This document shows positions 27,801 to 40,200 of a DNA stretch of 64,000 nucleotides, piece by piece (the first letter of the stretch is position 1; the number at the start of each line of letters is the position of its first letter). Origin of the DNA: Takakia lepidozioides (lineage: Eukaryota > Plantae > Bryophyta). The DNA is taken from positions 26,722,001 through 26,786,000 of the forward strand of contig CM060731.1 of the NCBI GenBank assembly GCA_030704615.1, given 5' to 3'. Position numbers and translations under genes: made by a program. The notes beneath the pieces were generated by a model. That model did not search any database. It was not told the origin of the DNA and saw nothing but the letters and a program-made list of their open reading frames with translations.

Positions 27801-29234
27801 CACGTTTGTGTGTGTTTGCAGCAGTGCGATTGTGTGCAAGCCTTGCAGCCCTGGAAAGGGCAAAGAGGTGCATGGTTGCATCACCAAAGCTGCAATTGTA
27901 CAGATGTGATCCTGAAACACTGCCCCTGGTGGACATGTATGCCAAATGTGGGAGCATCGAGGATGCAAAGGGAGTGTTCAACAATATGGCTGAACGAAAT
28001 GTGGTGTCGTGGAACGCGATGCTTGCAGGGTATGCACAGCAGGGGCGCGGGGGGATGGAGGCTTTGGAGACCTATGAGCAAATGATGGGGGAAGGTGTGA
28101 AGCCCGACCACGTCACGGTTGTGTGCGTTTGCAGTGCGTGTGCAAGCCTGGCAGCCCTTGGAAAGGGCAAAGAGGTGCATGGTTGCATCGCCAAAGCTGG
28201 AATTGTACCAGATGTGGTTCTGAGCAATACCCTCGTGGACATGTATGCCAAATGTGGGAGCATCGAGGATGCAAAGGGAGTGTTCAACAATAGGCTCTAA
28301 CGAATGTGGTGTCATGGAACGCAATGATCGCAGGATATTGCCACAGCATGTTGTATAGGAGGTCGTGCACTATTTGAAGGAATGCAAAAGAACGGCTTGA
28401 AGCCGGACAGTATCACCTTTATATGTGTTCTCTCTGCATGCAGCCACGCTGGCCTACTGAATGAAGGAAGACGCTACTTTGATTCCCTGAGTCAAGATCA
28501 TGGTGTCACTCCGACAGTAAAGCACTTTGGCTGCATGGTGGACCTTCTTGGACGTGCGGGACAACTGGATGAGGCAGTGGTCCTGATTAATAAAATGCCC
28601 ATCAATCCAGATGCTGTGGTGTGGAGGGCTTGCTTGGTGCCCTGCAGAATCCATGGCAATGTGGAGATGGGCCTGAACGTGCAGCAACATCTATCCTCAC
28701 GTGGGATGAACAGGATGCCCGCGACTTATGTGTTGCTCTCAAACATCTATGCTGCAGCTGGCAGGTGGGATGATACTGCAAAGGTGAGAAGAAATGATGA
28801 AGGTCAGAGGGGGGTTAGAAAGGAGCCAGGTCGTTGCTGCATTGAGGTTGGCAACAGGGTGCACACCTTCATTGTAGATGACAAGTTGCATCCCAGAATT
28901 AAGGAAATCCATGCTGAGCTGAGAAGATTGTCTGGGCAGATGAAGGAGGCGGGGTATGTGCCTGACACGCGCTTTGTATTGCATGATGTGGGGGAGGAGG
29001 AAAAGGAATTTTCTCTTTGCCACCACAGTGAGAAGCTGGCCATTGGTTTTGGGCTGATCAGCACGACCCCTAGGACGCCTCTCCGTCTCATCAAGAATCT
29101 TCGAGTGTGTGGTGGACTGCCACACCTCCACCAAATTCGTCTCAAAGATTGTTGGACGAGCAATTGTTGTACGGGACGCTAACCGCTTTCACCACTTTGA
29201 AGATGGGATTTGTTCTTGTGGGGATTACTGGTGA
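24850..29234 (+). CDS. PLS-class PPR-DYW RNA-editing factor with N-terminal OSB-type PDF motifs; frameshifted as assembled (pseudogene or sequence errors); start exon not identified
   Basis: Exons ~24850-24960, 25145-25239, 25423-25570, 25713-25807 and 26000-29234. PDF motifs: LW..H/[11 protein letters not shown] + [11 protein letters not shown]...[12 protein letters not shown]. About 7 PLS triplets, E domain ([14 protein letters not shown]), PG box [16 protein letters not shown], CxDCH and GICSCGDYW*. Confidence 0.85.
24960..26140 (+). repeat. Tandem ~570-600 bp exon-intron duplication units, each encoding one PDF motif
   Basis: Introns and exons of ~24960-25560 align with ~25565-26140; for example gaccccagtcaatggtgggacaa and agattcatccaagagggccagatttcaagcacaag are each present twice. 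Confidence 0.9.
26420..28330 (+). repeat. Near-identical ~303-bp tandem repeats (one P-L-S PPR triplet each)
   Basis: atgtatgccaaatgtgg recurs at ~26720, 27021, 27325, 27628, 27936 and 28241. Confidence 0.95.
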
Positions 29235-31454
29235 AATGATGTTTCCTGGAAAGATGCGAGGTTCTTGCTTCATTCAGTGATGTGTAGCCTACTCAGAGAT
29301 CATCCACCATTTCCTGAGAGTATTTTCCTGTGGCATATCCACAGGAAATGATAGTGGGGTCTACCCGGCATAGGTTGGGAAGTCAGCCCATAATTGCACT
29401 TGACTGAAGGGGTGATATTGGATTGACTTTGGTGACAGTGGATGGAAATCAGAGTGCTGTCCTAATTCTGGGTTTGGGTGGTGGAGCTTCTCCAAAGCTT
29501 GAAGATGGAAGTGAATACGAATTTTGATGAGCTTGATTAGAGGGGCAGCCCTGTGCACAAGTTTGTTCAGCCATCTTAAATTGCACATGTTTGTTTGTTC
29601 TTGTGGTGTGGCTTTGGATGGAGCCTTGACGAACTTGCATGAATATTGTCAAAAGCTATCCTTAACCACCAAGATCCAATCCCATGGTGGCTGCTTGAAA
29701 GTTCATATAGTGATTGTAAGGGTATTTGGGTATGTTGTTATTGATTGATGCGGCTTGACTCCCTCACCCGATAATATCGGTTTGCGCATGTTGGAGTTCA
29801 AGGTTGGGGGACAGAGGCCACCCACTACAGTTGGAGACCAGAATTGGGAGCATGTATGAAACAACTAAGCATAGTTTCATGCAACAATAAGCGATACCAG
29901 TGTCCACCGACGCAGGTCTCTATCGCTGGGTGTGACTCCCAGTGTGGTCTCAGTAACTACTTGAGCTGCCAATCTCAAACAAGCCAAAAAACTCTCCTGA
30001 AATCCCCTTCAAGAAAGTGAGGTCTCTTGCTTCCAGTAACCGTCAACATCCCAAAAACGAAGCTTTTGGTCTGTCATGTTGGTTCAATTAAATTCAATAA
30101 ATTGCATCCAACTAAGGGATAATTTATGTGAATAATGAGAGGAAGATATACTTACTGCTCCTCCTTTGGCTGTGTAGGGCACAGTCATCAGAAGGAAGGA
30201 TTTGTAGCGAGCCGTGTGTAGCGAGCCGTGGTGCGATGCTCAATTGTTGCGCAAAAGTTTGGGATTTCCGTTTCCTCGCATGCAAGTTTTGGGATAAAGT
30301 AAGCATAAGGAATAATGCCTCTCAAGTTTTGGGGGGGGGGGTTGGGGGGATGGTCCAGGAATTAAAAAGGGGGATAGGTATGTATCCCAGACGCATGAAA
30401 AATAAAATCAACTAAAAGGGAGTTGACATCTGCGAGTTTGTCTGAAACTTATGAAGCCTGTGGTAAGTGGCATGGGCGCCACGTGGGGGCCTCACGGGGC
30501 TGTTGGATGTGGGGGAGAACTGGGGAGGGGGAGAAACGTTGTAGAATAGAGAACATTCTAGACAGCCATTCTTTTAGTGGCGAATAATAGCCAGATTTCG
30601 ACCTCAAAAAATAAAATCGAATATTCTGTCGCAAATCCACTGTTTTTTCATGGATGAAATCGCCAAATTTCTCCAAATAAAAAATAAATTATGGATGATG
30701 AATTCGCCAAATAGGGATGATATTATGGATGATGGCACATAGGGGATGAATTACAGTGAATGAACAGAATAAATGGCTATTTCCTGCAAAACTCTGTAGC
30801 CACTCGTGAATTTTTCCAAATTTCTTAAAAAAAAACCAGTGATTCTAGAGGGAGCCGGGAAAGTGTTTCGGTAGTCGCGCCAGAACTGTACCAGCGTAAG
30901 AGGAGTGTAGCGGAGAGTACCAGAGGTTGTAGAGGCGAAGAGGAGGGCCAGCGTGGAGGCGATGAAAAGCACCGGCGCTGTAGCTAAAGTGTGTGGGAAA
31001 AGAGGGAGAGGCCGACCTAGGAAACTCACGATGACAAAGGACAGAGTTGGATCAAAACCTTTTGAGGTGTCCTAAACAGTTGGCATCGGAGGATGCGATG
31101 TCCAGGTGCACCTGTTTGATAAGAGAAAGTTGTCTTGCTGGGTTTTTGGCTATAGAATGTGGTGGTACGATGTCCAATTTATACTTTCAGATGGGAAGCA
31201 GAATATTAACTACAAGTACTATTTAGGTTAACAAACTGATAAAAACATATTTAGGAGGGGACATATGTCCAGTGTTGGGACATATTGTTATGTGTAAAAA
31301 ATTGCGGCAAATTCGGTTACACACATGGAAAGGGATGTTAGGATTTTGTTTAAAAGATTAAGGACAACCGCATTTCAAGTTTTTTAGTCATAATGTCACG
31401 GCGCATGATATGGAAGAGGGGAAAGAAATGTTAGCATTATATGGTAGTGCAGAG

Positions 31455-34400
31455 CAGTGTTATACTGTTATCAACTTTTGATGATAACATGCGGGTCCTG
31501 GTGGGAAGAATTCCTAATTTCGTGCTCTGGCATGTTCTCGAATATTAGAAAATTTATGGATTTTATTACCAGTGAGTATCAATATTGCATGTTCTGTAAT
31601 TTTTCGACTCGGTTATCAAGACTGGTATTGCATAATGTTATATTGCATGTTATCAACAGCGGGTATCAATAGTTCAGTCAACATAGTGCACACATTCGAA
31701 ACATGTATGCTTCAACATATGCATAATGCAACTACATGTCCTTGAGCAATAGCCATAGTCATCCTCACTAAGCACATAATGTGTAGATGCACATAATCTA
31801 TAGCTGCTCCTAATGCCAACACAGCTAACTACAGATAATTGCAGTAATCCATAGCTGCTCCTGAACTCCATATATTCCAGAAAACCCAACTTGCAGATAG
31901 TAGTAGAATGACAACAGATTTAGCAACTAAACAAAAACCACAACCAATGACAAACAAACTTAAAGTTGATCAACAAGATCATACATGCAGAAATGAAAGG
32001 TGAGGGCATACCTATTCATCACCCTCAAACAAGCCTGATTCAGAAATGAGCTTCTCATTCTTGTCAACAAGTGTATCCTCGGATTCAAATAAATCAGCCA
32101 ATTTTCCTACTTCAACTAGCTTAAAATCTGTCCTGACATCACTTGGCCAATTTCTATAGATCATGACCAGCTTGTCAAGGTTTTCCACACCAAGACGACA
32201 ACGTCGCAATGAAATGAACACACCAGCCACTGAGAAAATCCTCTCGGTTTCTATTTGAGAACCTGGAATGCCTAAAATCTGTCGAGCAAGATAACCAACA
32301 TTAAGAAATCAAGTCTCATTTTCATACCACAATTTAAGAGGGTCCAGGTTTTCAACATCCTCAACATGATACCGACGAAACAAAGACAACTCAGACTTCA
32401 ACAACCCTTCACTTGCTTCCTCATTGGAAGCTGCTGAACCAAACAAAGAATCACTTGGAGCTGGCTGAACCACCACTGGATTCACAGTTTGAGCACGCTC
32501 GGGACTTAAATGGACCAAAACAGTGTTTAGAAGAGGTACCAAAACCTGTCCATCATACTGTTTCACCAAGTCAGAAGTCGCACCCCTTCCAATGTAATCC
32601 ATGATACACTACAATCCTTTGAATCGGGGATCCAGCATTAACGCAAGCATGTTATGTGCTTTGACTTGTGAGAAAGTTTCAGCAAAAGCCAGAAAAGGCC
32701 GTAACACGTCAGTGATCTGAAAAGCCATGCGAGCATACAATATCTCTATTTCCTGGTCAAAGTCCCCACAACGCAATGGAGGCACAACATTAGCTCTCCG
32801 TTCAACAATCATCTTCATCGTGCTCATAATGGCAAGAGCAGAGTGTAGTGCATCTGACAGCAACCAATAACCTCTACGCTGGGTAAGTAAACATTGATGT
32901 ACAACAGGGTTTAGTGTTTCAGTCCGCGCGCGAGCAATGGCCCATGTGCAGCCAGTGGGCACCCTGGATTGTAGAGCAGTGGTCTGCCGTGTGTAACAGA
33001 TGTTGATAGCCTGGGCATATTCCAAAGTCTCTTGGAACAATATAACTTGGGAAGCAAAATGAGTTTTCACCAGGGTCTTAAGTTTCCGCCGAGGCATGCC
33101 TGCCTCTATGCAAGCCTTGTCCCATTCCACCTTTAATTTCCCTGATTTTTTTGTCCAAGTAATGGTTTTTTGAAGGGCAGCTTGTGCATCTTTCAGGCTT
33201 ACTTCCTTCATGCCCATACCAACCTTGTTTTGGTTTGTGGCATAATGACATGCCTTCGACATAGCATGACCAAAGCAGGAACCAGGATATGGAGCAGAAA
33301 GGTTAAGTGGCGTACATGAAACCACCGATGTAAGGGCAGTAGTAAGGGTGCCCAAATTGGCGCCTTCATCTTTCACATATGCCACCATTTTGTTTGTCAA
33401 GTTGTACTCTGCCAAGAGGGCCTTTACCTGCTGGGCAAGAGCTGTTCCACAAATGTCGGGTGCCTCAAACAAGCCAACAGTTATGTGACATGGAATCCAC
33501 ACTTCATTGATGAAGTTGATGACCACGGCAAAAGTATCACATCCAGATCTACTCATCCACAAATCAAAGGTAGTTGTCATGGTAGCAGCTTGTGCAATGC
33601 AAGGCAGCACAAATTGTTCCATAGTTTTCTGCAACAAATTAGAAAGATGTTCCTTCACAAGTTGCTTCCTGGTAGGAAATACCACCTGACCACATTGACG
33701 CATAATCAGCCGCCTCAACCATGGATTCTCTACTACAGACAAAGGCATGTAGCCCTTAGCAATCAGAAGCCCTAAATCCTCAATGCAACGTATCTGAGCA
33801 GGGTTGTCCTTCCTGTAGGGCTTAGCAGATCCAAAAAAAAAAGTTATGCCAGATGGAGTTATTAATTCTCTCTTCTTCGTTTTATGTCGTTTGGTGGCTG
33901 CATCTGCTCTAGGAGACATTTTCTATGTGCCTTGTACTTCAAAAGTTCAGGCCCATGCTCATTAGACACATGTTTTTTCATAGCAGTGATTCCATGATCA
34001 GGATTGTAAGATACCAAACCCTTACGGGATTTAGTTGAGCTTTGAGAGCTCTGAGCAGATCCACTAGAATGGCACATGACACACCTCATAAGTTGGGGCT
34101 GCTGCACATCTACCTTGGCGCTGGAGTCATTGAGCAAATAGAAAGCCCACACCTCAGATGAACGAGGATATGGTACCCAAAATGCAGCATTTGTATCCAA
34201 CTGCGCCACACACTGCCTCCAAATCCCCTCTTCCTCGGCAATGCGGTCCTCCAGAGATGTATCCAATGTTTGTAGTACCTCCTCCGAGGCCACACATGTT
34301 TCATATTCATCAAAGGAAGCATTCAGCAAAGTTTCAATTTCACGCGCATCAAAAGGTTCGAGTGTCCATCTCACAACATAAATATCGCTCCTGAATCCAC

Positions 34401-34689
34401 CAAATCTGTCGTTGATTGCATTCCTAAACCTACCATATCTGCCGCCTTAGCCCATGCTCATACCAGGAACGACAACGGGAGGAGGCGGCTGGTATCAACA
34501 ACAAGTAGAAACGGCAAACCCTAATCCCAGACGAGTAGGGTTTCTGAGGAAAAACCACCTTACGAAGACCCGGCAGGTCTGTTACAGGTGAAATTTTCCT
34601 ACAACCTATAACGTCGGGTAGGGTACCTGATAACCGGGTTGATGACCGGGTTGATAACCGGGTCAACCCTCTATACCAGTCCAACATTG
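31455..34689 (-). mobile_element. hAT-superfamily DNA transposon with both termini
   Basis: Perfect 8-bp TSD GTGCAGAG at 31447-31454 and 34690-34697. TIRs CAGTGTTATACTG / CAATGTTGGACTG. Subterminal GATAACCGGG repeats at 34628-34665. Confidence 0.93.
32012..34374 (-). pseudogene. hAT transposase (BED finger, DDE core, C-terminal dimerisation domain), inactivated
   Basis: VWAFY...CVMCH...MKKHV..EH, TFDLWMS, VKDEGAN, CFGH, LMLDPRFK, DPLKLW and QIETERIFSVAG. Stops at 32609 and 32309, frameshift near 33900. Confidence 0.9.
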
Positions 34690-37280
34690 GTGCAGAGCTC
34701 AAAAACCTTGTGTATTACGCCATCAAATATTTCAAAAGAGCCTTCATCTATCATTTTCACCAACGGTCTGAGAAGCAATTAACAGATACATTCTCAGGCT
34801 GCCTGTTAGCAATGCTAAAATCGACAAAATTTCATGCATCAGGTACGTTTTTGCGGAAGGGTATGAATCTGGGCAATTGTGAAGCTTTATGGCGAACAAT
34901 GTTTGATGCTCAAAAAGAAAACACCATGGAAATAGTGAAGGATATTTTTTTCATGACGATGTGAAGCGGGGTTCACGGTATTTTGATGTTGATCGTTTTA
35001 GCAAAGCAGTTATTAATCAGGAACCGTACATTTCTATGTATTACGGACCTGTGAACGCTGATGTTGTATTGCTTGACCTATGCTACTGAATTTTCTGTCT
35101 AAAATTACCTATCTCAGTTGCTTGTATACACAGCTACACAAGGATTTGAAGAAATAATCGTTGTGTAAGGGGATAAGAAAAAAGACACTAGGAAGGCGAC
35201 AACTATTAAATGGGAGACAGTCCAGCGCCGAATTGCGGTAAGCAGAGTACATGTGTCATGTGCTGGTTGCTAAGGGTGACATGTGGGGGACAACCTCTAG
35301 AAGGGTCCTCTACCGCTTGAGGGGGTCGGGCCCACCGCCCTGAGACAGGGTATATAAAGGAGAAGAAGTGCGCTATCTTCCGGTGCCTCTTTCTGCTTAC
35401 TAAGTTACTACTAATTACTTACTACTAAGTTAGTATTACTAATTAAGTTAGTACTTAGTACCTATTTTAGTGGGTTTTGCACATGCAGGACCCCAAAAAA
35501 CCTGTACGCCCAAAAATATTATGTATCCATTTGAGAAATGAAATACATTTAGAGCCTTGTGTATGGACCGATTTTAAAGTATATAGAGTCTATTTTTGCC
35601 CTAACTTGGTCATACAAAGGCTGTTTCACCTCAAATTTGCATAGGGACGTGTAGATTGTGAAAATCTACCCACTTATATATTTATTTTAGTTTTTTGGAC
35701 CCTACCAAAAATCTATAGAATGTTTCTAATGTAGACCTTCCCCACATCTACTTGAGGTCTATTGAATAAGCTGCTTCAACTCATGGATGATCACTAAGCT
35801 TTGTGTTTGTAACAACCTGTCACTCTTTTGAATTGATGCATGGCTGGAGGAGATACGGAGACTATTGAAGAACTCATCAATGTCTACGCATATTTTTTGT
35901 TTTTATGTCATGGTATAATTATGTCATTGTGCCATGTTTGGTTCACATATGTGATTGGTATTTGTGGCTACATTATAAAAAATATTTTGGTCGTCTCAAA
36001 ACATGGGTGGTTAACTCATATAATTTGTCTATTCAACTCTTCCTGAATGTCGAGGTTCTGTGGAAGTTGCGTGTAACCGATATGTACTGTTTCTTCTGAA
36101 GTTTGTTTCGTTTTCTTTGTCTATTATTCTTAATGGCCAATAGTTATCTCCTTCATCATTTCTTTGTAAAATCATTTATATTAATTATTTTCCTGATGTT
36201 TAAATCATATATTTCTCGTTTATTCTCCCCTTTTTTTCTCGTTCTGGCTTACTTTTTCTTGTTTTTTTTTCGTCCTTTTTTTTCCTGGCTTTCTTCTTTT
36301 CTTTTTTTTTTTTTTTTTTTTTTTTTTCCTTATCTTTTTGTTTTATTTCCCAATTCCCACCCCAATGCCTTTTCCCCCACACCTCCACGTTTCAAAGAAC
36401 AAACCTTTGAGACTATACCTTCCAGAGATCCCCAACACACCACCTTTTCAACGAACTCTTAATATTACCTCCCTTCCGCGTGGACCTCTTTTTTTTTCTC
36501 AAATGACTCTTACCAACAGACCACCTGCCTTAGTCTACAATTCTCACCAGGCCACAACCAATTCTTGTTCAACCCACCACCTACACGATGCCCCTCGTAG
36601 TTCCCTAGCACACCCACCTCTCGCAGCCAAACTTGCAATTAGTTTTTGTATTGAAAACTTACCACCACGGAATGGATACGATTGGTCAATTGTGTTGAAC
36701 TCTATGTCCCGCAGTGCTCCCGTACACTCACTCAGCTCTTCTTCTTGCCAAGATGCGCCACTTCTATATGGATTGTCAAACAATGGATCGACTTGTACAC
36801 CACTTCTCCCCCTGCGTCAATCGCGACTTTATTGTGCGCTCTGGCAAATGGATGTAATTAAAATAATATTCCCCCCGTCCAACCCCCTGCCTCCTTCCTT
36901 TCGATGGTCACCATTAGCCGGCTCTCCTTTTTCGCCCCCCCCGTTTGCCACGTGCTGTTTTTGCCCATCCGCCACCTGGGACAGCCTGCTTGCACCAAGC
37001 AGTAAAAAAATGACTTACCATTTTCTTACCTTCTTCTAGATTAACACTTAACCCCTATTTGATTTCTGTTTCCATTTCATACACCAAGCCTCCCTTTGCT
37101 TTTATGCCAGTGTAGACTCCTTCCCTTACTGTTTCCATTTTTCGACACCCATCCTACCAACAAACCCCCGTAGGTTTCAAGGGGCTCACCCTCGGGTTGA
37201 ATCTCCTTTGTGCCTCGACAGGACTCATCGGACCTCACAATTGCCACAGACAGTTGTATTTTCCAACAATGATGTGACAG

Positions 37281-40200
37281 TGGGAGACCATTGAGTTGCA
37301 TTGGGTGGTGCCAAAGCAATGGTATGGGCTCCTGCCATCATGGAATGGGTTATTAGTAAATTGTGTTGTGGGTATGCACGATGTGTACCATTACAACAAC
37401 TCCAATGCTAAGGAGTGTCAAGATATGCCACCAGCACAATGAGACAATTAGCTGATTTTCAAAAAATGGGATGTGTTGCCAAAGCAAGTGTAAACTATGG
37501 TGTCTTTTGACCCTGAATGACTATTGCCTTTGTGGGAACCGTGAACATTGTTTTATATCCAACTTATGGTTTGCACTCACAACCACTAATAAAGCGATGT
37601 ATGCCCTTACCACTAGGCTAAATGTTGATTATCATGTTGGTTGACTAAATTATTGGTTGACTAAATGATGACCTAAATAGAGTACTAGAGCTGTACGTTG
37701 CTCCACACTACTAGCGACCTTGGAGAACAATATTATTTTCTATTGGAAGTATGTTTTATATTGCGAAAAGCAAGAGGTTGGATAGCGTGTGAGTAGGCTC
37801 CAGCCAGCATGAGCACAGAGGCATATTTCGCATATTCCCCAAGAATTCGGAGAATATGCGATAACAAAACCAAAATGTGCTCATGCAGAAAACTATCTGA
37901 AAACCTGCTGACACGACAAAACTTATGAAATAAATCGTCCAAAGCTTACCTCACGTGAGCACAAAGACCCAAACTAATATATCTGTCAGAACTCAAAGGT
38001 CAGCGCACACAATGTGACATTTGGTAAAACATTATGTGTAGAACATCCCCAAGAACCACCCAAAAAATGGATTTTGCCAGCGAAATGCAAACGCATTTTG
38101 GATTTTTGCTAGCGAAATTTGAATTTTTGCCAGCGAAACTTAGGTTTTGTCGGCGAAATTGATGTTTTTTTTTTTTGGGTTTTGTTTTTTTGTTTAAGGT
38201 TTCTCCCTCTCAAGCTCCTTCTATATGTTTAAGATTATATTTAGACACCATGGACACCCTATTAATGCAAAAAGACCCTATGTCTGTCTATTATATGTAT
38301 TTTTGTTGGCATACATATCACCCCTATAACCGTGGATCCTACTCACGCGGCATTTTTTTTGTGCTCATGCCACACCAATCCCCGAAAAACAATAAGAACA
38401 ATGTAAGAACTTAATGCATGCGTGCGATTTGACAGTACTTTCAAGTTTCGTCGGATTCAAGCAGCATCCACTTGTTAAGTTTTTTGAAGAAAAAAAATGT
38501 ATTAGATCAACCAGTTACTTAATGTTCTTCCTATGTTGTCCTCGTTACAGCCGTTAAAAGGTGTTTACGTTCAAAAAAATAAAAAAGACATAAGTTGTTC
38601 AGATGAAGTGACACCTTAAATTATGTATGCTTCGACAAGAGTTTTTTTTTCCTTTCTTGAATTTCTTGAAGAAAGTTTCTTCCTGGTTCAATATTTCTCT
38701 ATATTTTAGATTTTAAATAAGAAATATAATAGATCTCTAACAAACTACACTTCATATAAATTTTAAATTTTAAAAATTATTAATTTCTAAACTAAAATAT
38801 ATTCAATCAATTAATCATTTTTCTTAAAACTATAAAGATGAAAAACACTCTGATTAGAACTGACATAACTAGGAGTTATATCTTAATTGTTTAAAATATA
38901 GACAAGAGATAAAAATATAATATTAAGAATTTTGACATCTTATTAGCTATAGTATTATATTAATACTTATATATATTATTTTATATTTTTGTAATTTGAA
39001 ACTTGCTCACCATAAAACCAAAAGGTTGAACTTATGAGGATTTTGAAAACTGGGATAAAAATAATAAATACTAGAGGACTTTCGTAAAAAGATTTTTAAA
39101 TTTCAGTTCTCTATTGGGTCTTGTGCAGCTTAAAATGAGGATGATGAGGTTGTTGATGATGATGTGACATTAATAATGATTTTAAAAATTCAATATTTAT
39201 TTTCTGTTTGCAGCTTTAAAAAAATTACAACGCTAATGACGATGACATGGCATGACAACGACGACCCAAGAGTTCTTCGTGACATGAGGTGGGGTATTTA
39301 TTTAAGCTAAAAAGTGTAGAAGTTTATATTATTTATACATCTAACATGATCATATTTAGTTTTCTTACCTGAAAGGACGACCAAATCTTTCATCGTGAGG
39401 CCGACATTTTCAAAGATAGTCGTCAATTGATCAAAATCTTCGAAGGGACTCGGTATTGAATTGAATGCTGTTACATTACTTGAAGTGTTCCCATCTCTAC
39501 GACCTGTTGGCACATGCCAATATGGACCGTTCGCCTGTCGTCACATCCAAACATAAAATTTTGATCAAGGACGTATTTGGACCCGCAATAGACAAACTAT
39601 ATTTTCATAAAAGACTCAACTAGTCAAAAGATTTAGAGTATAACGGTTGTGGTTCAATTAATAAAGGAGGACACTTTTACATGGTTTCTAAGAACTTCAA
39701 AACTGAATTTTTTTTTTTTCCTTTGCAAGCTTATAATTTAAAGGTTTACTGAATTGACATAACTAACCTCGGAAGATGAGCAAAACAATTACGATCTAGG
39801 TTGTAGATTTGATATGTTATGTTGCTCTTGACAACTCCATTGAAAAATAACTAATTATTTGACCTTGCCCCACCCATTATTTCCTCGATTGTTTTCCCAT
39901 ATATATCTATGTTGAACATTGTTAGTGCTCATGAATAATTGTGTACATCTCTCTAGCTTTATCGTATTGTATGCATGGGTTGACCTAAATCTCTTTTTAT
40001 TTCTCTCATATAGATCAATCAAATGTTTGTAATATAATAAATAGACTACTAGTTCATCGGTAAGAAAGTCACAATGTTAACAAATAAATATGAAAAAAAA
40101 AGTTATTTTGTACCAAGTAAGTAGAGTCACGAGCAACAATGGCTAGAATATCCGCACATGAAACAGTTTCCGGGCACAAATTTTCAACTTCTGATTTGAT

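Noticed and set aside
22762-28324. Long ORFs antisense to the PPR repeats (e.g. 22762-23946 +, 26474-27253 -, 27195-27968 -)
   Set aside because: Shadow frames of the repetitive PPR coding sequence, with no independent protein features.
26420-28330. Regular repeats considered as a CRISPR-like array
   Set aside because: The units are contiguous 303-bp coding repeats without unique spacers, in eukaryotic DNA with no cas genes.
28800-29234. Possible U-to-C (DYW:KP-type) editing domain
   Set aside because: It has the canonical PG box, HSEKLA and terminal DYW, consistent with the standard C-to-U type.
29169-29488. Segment missing from the inverted copy, considered as a spliced intron (evidence of retrocopy)
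   Set aside because: The deletion breakpoints do not coincide with the nearby GT/AG, and the segment removes coding DYW sequence.
35163-35510. Possible solo LTR starting TGTAAGGGG with a TATATAAA box
   Set aside because: No clean CA end and no TSD, so not supportable.
36103-37039. ORFs of 119-233 aa around the poly-T tract
   Set aside because: Low-complexity, pyrimidine-rich artefacts. The FDNPY match is not in a peroxidase context.
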